DNA from: a virus
Lineage: Duplodnaviria; Heunggongvirae; Uroviricota; Caudoviricetes
Virus record (IMG/VR): IMGVR_UViG_3300010201_000017
Direction: 5' to 3' (one strand)
DNA: 20,229 nucleotides
Shown: positions 1-7,893 of the stretch, in pieces
Layout of the letters: every line of letters begins with the position of its first letter
Position numbering within the stretch: the first letter of the stretch is position 1
The notes under the pieces: generated by a model
Told to the model about the DNA's origin: nothing
Seen by the model: the letters and a program-made list of their open reading frames with translations, nothing else
The model's database searches: none
Translations under genes and position numbers: made by a program

Positions 1-699
1 CTATTCTTCAGCCTCATTGGCCGACTTGTCAGTGATCTCCAAGACGGGATGATCGCCTTGGATCGCCGACAGTCCAGCACGCATCACCGTGCTGGTGACA
101 TACGCATTGACCTCAACCTTCGCCTTCTCGACGGACTCTTCCATGTGTTCGGAGAAGCTTCGTACCACAAAAGGCGTGTTGCTTTCGAGTTGTTGAATGG
201 CGCGCTCAATCGGCCCAAGCACCTGCTCTTGAACCTTCTTGGGCATCTTGATGACAGCCGCCAGAATCTGATCGCGCTCAGCCTTCAGTTCTTCGACAGA
301 CTGCTGCAACTTCTTTTCAAGCTCCGCGTCGTAGAGCTTCTTGGTATCGCGGCGCGGCAGACTCGGTACGATGAAATCCTTCTCCGTATGGAGGATGGTG
401 CAGGGGACGCCAGACCGATTCGGCGAGGAGATCATAGTCGCAAACTGGGCTTCACTCAGCGCGATCTCGCAGACCATCTCGCGTTCGAAGTTCCAGTCAC
501 GATTGAGGCTGCGATGAAGCTCGCTGCGTTTGATCGTCAGCGTCACATAGTGACGGTGCTCGAAGTCGGAGCCATAGAGATTGGCACAGCCACTAACGTG
601 GCTGACCGACACCTGCCCAAACGCAGGGTGCGAGAGGATTTCCCGCTCGTCGCCCCCGTGCATATCCTTCCGGATGGTCGGTTCCTGAACTTGCCTCAT
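1..699 (-). CDS. Conserved phage/plasmid-type hypothetical protein, 232 aa
   Basis: Start re-called to ATG 699 (MRQVQEP), preceded by GAGG and a TTGACA-17-TATGCA promoter. The N-half motif HPAFGQVSVSHVSG..LYGSDF.H..Y...I..SE....L..DW and SEAQFA..ISS.N.SGVPCT matches a family I recall from proteobacterial phages and plasmids. The C-half is coiled-coil-like. Stop TAG at 1-3. Confidence 0.8.
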   Translation of the reverse strand: MRQVQEPTIRKDMHGGDEREILSHPAFGQVSVSHVSGCANLYGSDFEHRHYVTLTIKRSELHRSLNRDWNFEREMVCEIALSEAQFATMISSPNRSGVPCTILHTEKDFIVPSLPRRDTKKLYDAELEKKLQQSVEELKAERDQILAAVIKMPKKVQEQVLGPIERAIQQLESNTPFVVRSFSEHMEESVEKAKVEVNAYVTSTVMRAGLSAIQGDHPVLEITDKSANEAEE

Positions 700-748
700 C
701 TTCGTACCTCTAAGACTCGATGGCCCAAAAGGACCCAATTCTTGAACC

Positions 749-783
749 TGCATAATCGTCCAGACGTGACTTGTCAACAATTT
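749..783 (-). promoter_or_regulatory. Sigma70-type promoter with AAATTG-TTGACA motif (copy 1)
   Basis: Minus strand reads AAATTG TTGACA N17 TATGCA, about 50 nt upstream of ATG 699. Confidence 0.6.
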
Positions 784-858
784 GGCTGCTGTCGTTTCGT
801 CTCGAATATGGCTCGTTGATCTACAAAGTCCTGCTGTGCGACAATAACGGATGCCACT

Positions 859-1626
859 TTGGCCTATTCACTTCCGATAGCGATTGGAGATCATCCGTTG
901 GACCGTAAACTCGTCATCTTCACAGGGGCCGGCATTTCCGCAGATTCTGGAATTGCGACTTTTCGCGATGCCGACGGTCTTTGGGAAAAGCACTCAATCG
1001 AGCGAGTTTGCAATTACCTGACCTGGAAGAGCCATCGAGAAGAAGTGCATCGGTTCTACAATGCCAGACGCATGCAGCTTGCAGAAGCGATGCCGAACGA
1101 CGCCCACCGCATGGTGGCGAGGCTTCAAGCACACTTTCCGAATACGTCGATCATCACCCAAAATATCGACAATCTTCATGAACGAGGTGGAGCCAGGGAC
1201 GTCCTGCATGTTCACGGCAACCTGACTGAAATGAAGTGCGAAGCATGTTCGCATGTCTGGGATATCGGGTACTCCGAGTGGGGCCTCGACGATCGTTGCC
1301 CAAACATTCGTGGCGGCGTGCAATGCGGCTGCAAGAAGGCGGTTAAGCCGAACGTCATCATGTTCCACGAAGCGGCCCCGAACTATTCGCCAATGTGGAA
1401 AACACTCTCAAGTCTGACCGACCGAGATTTTCTTCTGGTCATCGGTACCAGCGGGTCTGTGATCCGAATCGGCGAAATCGCTCTTCAGAGCCGAGCCACA
1501 ACGATCCTTTCCAATCTCGAGAGCGCTGACACGATCCGCGATGATCAGTTTGATTACGTCATCCACGGTCGGGCTGCGGAGACTGCAGAAAGGATTGAGC
1601 AGTTCTTTAGAAAATTCGCCTTTTGA
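859..1626 (+). CDS. cobB: Sir2-family NAD-dependent protein deacylase (CobB-like, class III)
   Basis: GAGISADSGIATFRD..GLW, FYNARR, TQNIDNLHERGG, HVHGNL, CxxC...C..CxC zinc site, KPNVIMFHE, IGTSG. The TTG start is uncertain. Confidence 0.9.
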   Translation: MAYSLPIAIGDHPLDRKLVIFTGAGISADSGIATFRDADGLWEKHSIERVCNYLTWKSHREEVHRFYNARRMQLAEAMPNDAHRMVARLQAHFPNTSIITQNIDNLHERGGARDVLHVHGNLTEMKCEACSHVWDIGYSEWGLDDRCPNIRGGVQCGCKKAVKPNVIMFHEAAPNYSPMWKTLSSLTDRDFLLVIGTSGSVIRIGEIALQSRATTILSNLESADTIRDDQFDYVIHGRAAETAERIEQFFRKFAF

Positions 1627-1753
1627 ATAAAGAGCGGGCGATCTGAAGGCGTGTTATTTCGGTTGCCACAACACGGAGAGCGGCGCCGACCGACACTAAG
1701 ATCCATCCCATCCGTTCAACGTGGGGATACAACCGTGATATCTGGCCGTTCAT
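1607..1753 (-). CDS. Possible 48-aa small protein after the dotM-like gene (below the ORF-track cutoff)
   Basis: GGAGG lies 9 nt before ATG 1753, which is 23 nt after the dotM-like stop. Sequence MNGQISRLYPHVERMGWILVSVGAALRVVATEITRLQIARSLFKRRIF. It overlaps the cobB 3' end by 20 nt. Confidence 0.3.
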   Translation of the reverse strand: MNGQISRLYPHVERMGWILVSVGAALRVVATEITRLQIARSLFKRRIF

Positions 1754-1776
1754 CGCAGCTCGCCTCCGTAGCCGAC

Positions 1777-2334
1777 CTAGTTGACCACGAGACTTGAATT
1801 TTGTTTGGTCAAAAACGAGAAATCCACCATCTGTAAAGGCTTCTTCAATCTACATTCGAGTTCGAATTGCGCAAACGCCCCAACGCATTCAGCGATATGA
1901 TTTTGTCGACCAAATCCGTTTATTAATCTCCAGAAGGCGAGGTCATGAGCCCTTAGCCAAGCGAATTCCGATGATGCGACGACGCCGTAACTATTCTTCA
2001 TTCTCTGGATCATGCCTAAGGTTACGGTCGCCACATAAGCATGCTTAGAAGCCGCCTCATCCGCCATCGCTTCGGCTTCTGGAACCAACGCATCCATTCC
2101 AAGCATATGCTCGAGCTTTACACTTCGACGGCGACCGAGGATGACTGACGCCACCTGTGACAGCGCAAGTTTGCGCCAGAGTGGGAGCGCTTCGAAGCTC
2201 GTCCAGCTTCCCTCCAATTGATCCACCAGGCAGATTGGGGATCTCTGAGGAGACTCAAGATTCAACACGGGCTTCAAGGAAAGCCCCTTCAATCTTGCGA
2301 TCGAGGCAATTGCCGGCGGCAACGATACAATCAT
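1777..2334 (-). CDS. dotM: IcmP/DotM (TrbA)-like protein, C-terminal cytoplasmic domain only, 185 aa
   Basis: HAYVATVTLGMIQRMKNSYGVVASSEFAWLRAHDLAFWRLINGFGRQNHIAECVGAFAQFELE matches the DotM C-domain pattern HAY..TV.......R..GV..SSEF.WL...D...W..LN..GRQ....E..G.FAH...E. Start re-called to ATG 2334 (GAGGAG RBS just after the dotL stop). No transmembrane segment. Confidence 0.75.
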   Translation of the reverse strand: MIVSLPPAIASIARLKGLSLKPVLNLESPQRSPICLVDQLEGSWTSFEALPLWRKLALSQVASVILGRRRSVKLEHMLGMDALVPEAEAMADEAASKHAYVATVTLGMIQRMKNSYGVVASSEFAWLRAHDLAFWRLINGFGRQNHIAECVGAFAQFELECRLKKPLQMVDFSFLTKQNSSLVVN

Positions 2335-2350
2335 TAGTGCGATCTCCTCA

Positions 2351-4123
2351 TCAACACTCTGGAAACGTGAAAAGGTTCTTTGGCACTCGGAGAACCTGCT
2401 GCGCACTCATAATCTCATCGAGAATTGAAACGGCAATGGCAACAGCTTGGCGTTCTGGCTTCCTTTCCTCTTGTCGCCCCTCTGTCTCAACGGCCTGTTT
2501 TGCAGCGGACGACAGCCTCCGCCTCAGAGATCGCATGCGTTCTCGTTTGGCTTCAACGTCCATCCAGTTCTGAACGAAAGAGGACGTTTCATAGAATCGC
2601 GAAAGGACGATTCTATGCCTGTTGCCCTCAATTTGGATGAACGGAGCATATCCCCACTTGTTTCGACCACCGTGCACTACCAGCATTTGCCCAGGCTGTA
2701 GCATCTGAAGGCGTACTTCTAATATATCTGGTGGAATCGATCGCGCTTTATCGAGAGCCTGATCGTGAAGGCGGGACATTGCCTCAACATTGTAGCTCGA
2801 GTTCCACGGTTCGGCATAATGTAAATTGAAGTGATGAATTCCGACTTTTGCGCCGTGAATTTCCTTTTCGATTGCCCGGGTGTGCCGATCTTGCTCGGTA
2901 ATTATACGAATTAGGCTCCCCAGATTGGCGCCACCAGGATTTTCTGCCTTCAAGAAGATTTTTGTGTTCGTATTGGCCAAGATAGCGCTCGCCTCAGCCG
3001 AATTTTTCGAAAACATCGAGTCGACTTCTTGTGTAGCGAAAACAAGTCCGATTCCAAGCGACCGCGCTTGCGCAGCCATAAGCCCCATTCCATCCGACAT
3101 ATAATGACCGACCTCGTCCATGATAACGAGATATGGAGGCTCGACATGAGTAGCGCTTTTGCCAACAACGGCGTCCCATTCTCCTTCAACCGTTGATCGA
3201 AGAGCTTTACCCATCAGACTTTTTAGCAAGCTAACGAGCATACGACCGATCGAGCCGATCTCGCTGGATGACTTCTCAAGTGAAGGTAACAGAACGATCA
3301 GGATTCGCCGATTCTTGACGACATCAGCCAAGTCTACATCGGGTGTAAGACTGCCGAAGATATGATTATAATGGTCCGCAATCAGCCCAAACATCCTAGT
3401 GAACTGCATTGAGAGATAACCGTGCTGATCATTGGTGGTTGACGATTGGTTCGTCCTGCCACTGTCGAAACCAGGCAACGATAACAGATACCCGCGAAGT
3501 CCCGCCGTTATCCGCTCTGGCGCATTATACTCAATCGCTTGATCAAGAAGAGCGATTACTCCTTTTAAAGAACTCACCTCACGTAGTCTGTCGAACCCAA
3601 ACGGCATATTCATTTCATCTCGGCACCAGACCAACATAGGGATGATGGCTCCCATGAGTGCGATCGCGCGCCCCCTCCACATTGCATGGTCGCCTGATGA
3701 CGATTCCTCTACGAAGCTGGAAACAAATTGCAGAATCTCATCGCCTGCCATCGACGCAAGAGGATTGATGGTGTGAGAACGGAATGCATTCGTTGCTCCG
3801 CTCTGGCCCTGCATAAAATTCAGGACATAGATGTCATCTTCTCGTCCGAGAGACGTCGCAACAGCATGAAGCTTTGCGAACAGGGACATATCGCTCTTCC
3901 CGTCGATGATAGTCACACCGCTGCCCCACGCCATCGCATTAGCAGCCATCGAAATCAGAAGCTCCGATTTCCCTGAACCTGTCGATCCGGTCACGAAAGT
4001 ATGCGTCCGAACCTGATCGTCGGTTAGCCACATCTCGGTGTCATCAACACTATTCCCAAGATAGAGGAGCGACTTCTCGCTTTTCCCTAAGAACGGATCA
4101 GCGGCCCTACTGAAATCGACCAT
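2351..4123 (-). CDS. dotL: IcmO/DotL (TrbC)-like type IVB coupling ATPase, 590 aa, no N-terminal transmembrane region
   Basis: YLGN...EMWLTDDQVRTHTFVTGSTGSGKS (Walker A), GSGVTIIDGKSD, GREDDIYVLNFM, WRGRAIALM, DVVKNRRILIVLLPSLEKS, LVIMDEVGHY (Walker B), AQARSLG...VFATQE and ANTNTKIFLK are all DotL-family signatures. AGGAG RBS, and the ATG overlaps the upstream stop (TGATG). Confidence 0.88.
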   Translation of the reverse strand: MVDFSRAADPFLGKSEKSLLYLGNSVDDTEMWLTDDQVRTHTFVTGSTGSGKSELLISMAANAMAWGSGVTIIDGKSDMSLFAKLHAVATSLGREDDIYVLNFMQGQSGATNAFRSHTINPLASMAGDEILQFVSSFVEESSSGDHAMWRGRAIALMGAIIPMLVWCRDEMNMPFGFDRLREVSSLKGVIALLDQAIEYNAPERITAGLRGYLLSLPGFDSGRTNQSSTTNDQHGYLSMQFTRMFGLIADHYNHIFGSLTPDVDLADVVKNRRILIVLLPSLEKSSSEIGSIGRMLVSLLKSLMGKALRSTVEGEWDAVVGKSATHVEPPYLVIMDEVGHYMSDGMGLMAAQARSLGIGLVFATQEVDSMFSKNSAEASAILANTNTKIFLKAENPGGANLGSLIRIITEQDRHTRAIEKEIHGAKVGIHHFNLHYAEPWNSSYNVEAMSRLHDQALDKARSIPPDILEVRLQMLQPGQMLVVHGGRNKWGYAPFIQIEGNRHRIVLSRFYETSSFVQNWMDVEAKRERMRSLRRRLSSAAKQAVETEGRQEERKPERQAVAIAVSILDEIMSAQQVLRVPKNLFTFPEC

Positions 4124-4701
4124 CAACGGCTCCTAAAAGCAGACTTTGCTGCTACAATAATGTCCTCGATCGGCCATTTTGACATCCTCTCCTTGTCAAA
4201 CGCCAGAGGGATAACACGAAGACCAATCTCAGCATCGGCCCGGATTTCCGGATTCTCTTCGATAAGTGTTTGAACATCTTTGATGTCAGAAGAACCAAAG
4301 AGGTCGACAGCTATGTCTACCGCACCGAGAAAGACATCATTCATGAGATCCTTTGCTGCCGCCTCTATTTTTGCCTCCAAGTCCTTAGGGCTGAAATAGT
4401 AAGTTGCTCCACTAACCTCTACTACAGCCAGCAGTTCTGCCGACTCCGCCCCATCGCCATTTGGTTTCTCAGCGAGCATTTTCCGAATTCTATCTGGATA
4501 AGCTGCACAGTAAGCGAGAACGCGAACAGAATTTGACACCTCTTCCTGTGACATACTCGGTAACCAAGCAGCTTTCACAACGACTCCTGATAGTACGTCT
4601 CGTCGTTTTGCTGCGAGACATTCGATACACATTGGAATGTTGTTCGGCTGTGCTATTTTTGGAGCGTCCGCCTCAAATCCGCATTTACATCGATCAGGCA
4701 T
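4123..4701 (-). CDS. dotN: IcmJ/DotN-like protein, 192 aa
   Basis: N-terminal CKCGF...CIEC Cys cluster followed by AWLPSMSQEEVSNSVRVL resembles DotN C..CGF...C..C and IYLPE.TQ.ELN.L..VL. It is translationally coupled to dotL. Confidence 0.6.
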   Translation of the reverse strand: MPDRCKCGFEADAPKIAQPNNIPMCIECLAAKRRDVLSGVVVKAAWLPSMSQEEVSNSVRVLAYCAAYPDRIRKMLAEKPNGDGAESAELLAVVEVSGATYYFSPKDLEAKIEAAAKDLMNDVFLGAVDIAVDLFGSSDIKDVQTLIEENPEIRADAEIGLRVIPLAFDKERMSKWPIEDIIVAAKSAFRSR

Positions 4702-4934
4702 CGTTCATCCTACTTAATGTCCGTCTTTGATAATGATGAACAGCAGTTTGAGGAGACGTCTACTCGCTTTCATGAGACGCCATTCGATGCGAGCGCGACG
4801 CTCCGCCTCGACATAACTACTTACTATGTTTGCTTTGGCCTCCGCACCTCACATTAAGACTTGAAAGCGCTACCAAAAAAATACCGCTTGCATCAATCTG
4901 CCGAAGACTCCACATTATTTTCAGCCCGATTAAC

Positions 4935-5099
4935 GCACGTGCCCGCGGTCCCTCGTGACCAAAGCAACGACGAACGGGCCTTTCCGAACCCGACGGGGTC
5001 CAAACCCGACGGATTACGCCGAAGGGCTTTTCTTCATTGCAGGACGCGCATCGCGGTTCACCCCCGAGACGTATCCCTGAAAAATTCGAGGAATTCGTC
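4935..5099 (+). ncRNA. speF / alpha-r45-like structured leader upstream of ornithine decarboxylase (divergent)
   Basis: GTGCCCG..GTCCCT...ACCAAAGCAAC..GAAC.GGGC, in which GCCCG 4941-4945 pairs with CGGGC 4975-4979. Then AAGGGCTTTTC and GAGACGTA (5066-5073). These resemble blocks I recall from the Rhizobiales speF motif, and the position directly 5' of an ODC gene fits. Confidence 0.55.
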
Positions 5100-6260
5100 A
5101 TGGACCGCATTTCCGAGTTCATCCGAGCCAATGACATCGACGGACCATGCCTCGTCATGGATCTTGATATTGTTCGCTCGAATTTTCTGGCGTTCAGGAA
5201 AGCGATGCCGAAGAGCCGCGTCTTCTATGCGGTGAAGGCCAATCCTGAAGAGGCGCTGCTCGCGCTACTGGCCGACCTCGGTTCCAATTTCGATTGTGCG
5301 TCGGTTGCCGAAATCGATGTCGCCCTTGCGGCCGGCGCGGCGCCCGACCGGATTTCATACGGCAACACGATCAAGAAGGAGCGGGACATCGGAAAGGCCT
5401 TTTCCCGTGGCGTGCGGTTGTTCGCAGTCGATTCCGTTCCGGAAGTTGAGAAGCTCGCTCGCGCGGCTCCAGGCTCTCAGGTGTTTTGCCGTATCCTTTG
5501 TGAGGGCCATGGAGCCGAATGGCCCCTGTCTAGGAAATTCGGTTGCGAACCAGAGATGGCCGTCGACGTCCTGCGCGCGGCCGCCAGGCTGGGCCTGGAG
5601 GCCTACGGCGTCTCCTTCCATGTCGGATCTCAGCAAACCAATGTGGACGCTTGGGACGACGCCCTTGCCTCGGTGGCAGGCGTTTTCAAGGCCTGCTCCC
5701 GGCACGGCATTGAGCTGTCCATGGTCAATCTGGGCGGCGGCTTTCCGACCGAGTACCTTCGTAAAATTCCCAGCGTCCAAAATTTTGGAACGGCGATCGA
5801 GAGGGCTTTGCGCCGACACTTCGGGAAGAAGCTTCCTGAAACCATTATCGAACCAGGTCGCGGCATGGTGGGGAATGCCGGCGTCATTAAAGCCGAAGTC
5901 GTCCTCGTTTCTCGGAAGAGCTCCAGCGACGATGTGCGTTGGGTCTATCTTGACATCGGCAAATTCGGAGGCCTCGCGGAAACCATCGACGAGTCCATCA
6001 GATATCGAATTCGCACGGCTAAGGATGGGAATTCCACTTCTCCGTGTATCGTTGCGGGTCCAACCTGCGATTCAATGGATGTCCTTTACGAAAAGTATCC
6101 GTACGATCTGCCCAACAACCTCGAGATCGGCGATGAAATCTATATCGAAGGAGCTGGAGCCTATACGACGACCTATTCCAGCGTCGCATTCAATGGATTC
6201 GCTCCATTGACTTCTTTAATATTGGAGGCTACTCCAGTCGAAGAGCGCATTGCAGCCTGA
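5100..6260 (+). CDS. speF: Ornithine (lysine/ornithine) decarboxylase, PLP fold-type III, 386 aa
   Basis: FYAVKANP (PLP lysine), FDCAS, YGNTIKK, KFGC, FHVGSQ, NLGGGF, EPGR, GPTCDS, GAYT. It closely resembles Rhizobiales ODC. Start re-called to ATG 5100 after GAGG. Confidence 0.93.
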   Translation: MDRISEFIRANDIDGPCLVMDLDIVRSNFLAFRKAMPKSRVFYAVKANPEEALLALLADLGSNFDCASVAEIDVALAAGAAPDRISYGNTIKKERDIGKAFSRGVRLFAVDSVPEVEKLARAAPGSQVFCRILCEGHGAEWPLSRKFGCEPEMAVDVLRAAARLGLEAYGVSFHVGSQQTNVDAWDDALASVAGVFKACSRHGIELSMVNLGGGFPTEYLRKIPSVQNFGTAIERALRRHFGKKLPETIIEPGRGMVGNAGVIKAEVVLVSRKSSSDDVRWVYLDIGKFGGLAETIDESIRYRIRTAKDGNSTSPCIVAGPTCDSMDVLYEKYPYDLPNNLEIGDEIYIEGAGAYTTTYSSVAFNGFAPLTSLILEATPVEERIAA

Positions 6261-6326
6261 CGGAATCCCTCCAAAAGCATTCAATGCGTAAGCGCACGGC
6301 GGATGTTTCGGTTGGAGAGCTTGGCC

Positions 6327-6983
6327 ATGGGTGTCGCCAGTGAACGTCTAGAACTCAGGCACCCATGGCTGGCGCATTTCGAAAAGGCGCCGAAGACAGC
6401 CTTCAGTGAGCTGCTTTCTGGCTATGCTGAAATTCATCCTTACGAGCGATTGGAAGCTCCAGAAGCGGCAAAAGTCCTATTTGGGTCGCTTCCCCCGGAA
6501 GACGGTGCAAGGACAGCGCTGGGCCCGACGATCATTGGCTGGCTTGAACATCAGCGCGATGAAGCGCTGAACGTCAGAAAATCAACGTTACAACGCCGCA
6601 TCCGAGAAATCTGCGAAGCACTCGAGATCGTTTCGCTGCTTCAACTCAGCGCGGTCGCTCTGGATTTGCGTCACCGGCGCGAAACATGGGGCCATTGGTT
6701 TGAACAACTCGCTTCCACACCTGCTCGTGATGCGAGAGCCGAGTTTTTCCGAACACTAGCTCTTACGCAGCGGCTCGCTGCAGAGTCCGATCCCAACATC
6801 GTTGAAGATGAACTTGCCTCGACTTGGCACGCTCTTATCAGCCGCGGAGGGGCTGATTTGCCAGCTTCATATCGCTGCATCGGCGAACTCGGATTGAGAG
6901 AGATATCACCATCATCAGCAAATGCTGTGACCGCATACCGATGGAACGTCCCATCCCGTAATCGGACAATTTCACCAGCGTAG
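6327..6983 (+). CDS. Hypothetical helical protein, 218 aa, possibly the N-terminal fragment of a longer gene
   Basis: GGAG 9 nt before ATG 6327. Protein-like up to about ...IGELGLRE, followed by a low-information tail. No catalytic motif recognised. Confidence 0.6.
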   Translation: MGVASERLELRHPWLAHFEKAPKTAFSELLSGYAEIHPYERLEAPEAAKVLFGSLPPEDGARTALGPTIIGWLEHQRDEALNVRKSTLQRRIREICEALEIVSLLQLSAVALDLRHRRETWGHWFEQLASTPARDARAEFFRTLALTQRLAAESDPNIVEDELASTWHALISRGGADLPASYRCIGELGLREISPSSANAVTAYRWNVPSRNRTISPA

Positions 6984-7147
6984 CGCAAATTGAAAGAGTG
7001 TCCGTTCAGCTACTGGCACTCAATCTGACGGCCGAATCCTCCGTAGGGTGGGTCGTTAGCCAAATTCGACTTCTGGAGGCGTTACGATTATTGTGCTTGT
7101 GGTCGCTTAAATACTCGCCTCCCGTGTTCCTAAAAAGGATGATTTCT

Positions 7148-7408
7148 ATGTCGATGAAGGACATTCCGGACCATCTTGTCTGCAAAGCTTTCGTCGACTC
7201 GAAGGCCTTGAATTGGCTACGTTCTGCAGATGAATTGCTCGCAGAATGGACAGGGCAACCGCGCAAAGTTTGCTATCGAGCAATGGAACGCGCCCATCGC
7301 AACGGCCTTGTTGAATATGGCGTCTCTCTCCGAACTGGATGGGTTACTGAGCGGGGGGTTCATTTGCTCGACGTTCATGGCGAGTCAACAGCGGCGCCGC
7401 ACATCTAA
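7148..7408 (+). CDS. Small phage-type hypothetical protein (possible winged helix), 86 aa
   Basis: AAGGA RBS. KDIPD..VC.A...ELL.EWTGQPRKVCYRAMERA.R.GLVEYGVSLRTGWVT.RG matches a small phage family as I recall it. The ORF-track extension to 6998 is not supported. Confidence 0.75.
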   Translation: MSMKDIPDHLVCKAFVDSKALNWLRSADELLAEWTGQPRKVCYRAMERAHRNGLVEYGVSLRTGWVTERGVHLLDVHGESTAAPHI

Positions 7409-7467
7409 TAGCATTAGGTGGCATATTGTGACGACAGGCGACCAGCGATAAAACGGAGCAACTCCAG

Positions 7468-7683
7468 TTGCTGAACTCAGAAATTAATGCCGCCACTAAA
7501 GCCACTCGCCTTTGGTATGCCCTAGCGGCCTTGGCAGCGCCGGCAGTATGGACTGCGCTATCCTTAGTTTATGGTCCGGTTAGCCTCTCGGTCGCTGTGC
7601 TGCTCGGCTGCATCTGGATTGTCGCCGCCATCGCGGCGTGGGCGTTACTTTACCGCGGAAGGCCGAAGGTGAATGGCGGCTAA
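7468..7683 (+). CDS. Small membrane protein with two transmembrane segments, 71 aa
   Basis: GGAG 9 nt before TTG. Two hydrophobic stretches are followed by basic RGRPK. Confidence 0.55.
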   Translation: MLNSEINAATKATRLWYALAALAAPAVWTALSLVYGPVSLSVAVLLGCIWIVAAIAAWALLYRGRPKVNGG

Positions 7684-7893
7684 ATCTAACCGCGGCCAGC
7701 CTCCCGAAACAGGTCAACAACTGACAGCGACGCCGCGCGCCGGATTTCGCCAATAAAGTCGTGCACAAAAATACGTCGTCGAGGAAGCCGGCTGGGGGCC
7801 GACACCAAAAGGCTCGGTTCCGAGTCCACCATGACCCGCGGTGTTTCTCATACCAGAGGCGCGCTAGATCGGCTTCGAGGTGAGCTCCGGGCT

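Noticed and set aside
49-819. 256-aa plus-strand ORF
   Set aside because: Antisense shadow of the conserved 1-699 gene, with no RBS or motif.
859-1626. Sir2 as an anti-phage NADase (Thoeris, DSR or pAgo-associated type)
   Set aside because: It has the complete classical deacylase layout with a zinc site and FYNARR, and there is no defence partner gene nearby.
2351-4123. HerA/FtsK defence ATPase paired with Sir2
   Set aside because: The motifs are specifically DotL-like, the neighbours are DotM- and DotN-like, and the sirtuin is on the opposite strand and of CobB type.
5296-6210. 304-aa alternative-frame ORF and 154-aa antisense ORF within speF
   Set aside because: Typical frame shadows of a GC-rich gene, with Pro/Arg/Ser-rich, non-protein-like composition.
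7690-7890. Protein-like minus-strand stretch (AHLEADLARLWYEKHRGSWW...) and other short frames
   Set aside because: No start codon or RBS in that frame, and the competing short ORFs have no support. It may be a remnant but cannot be called.
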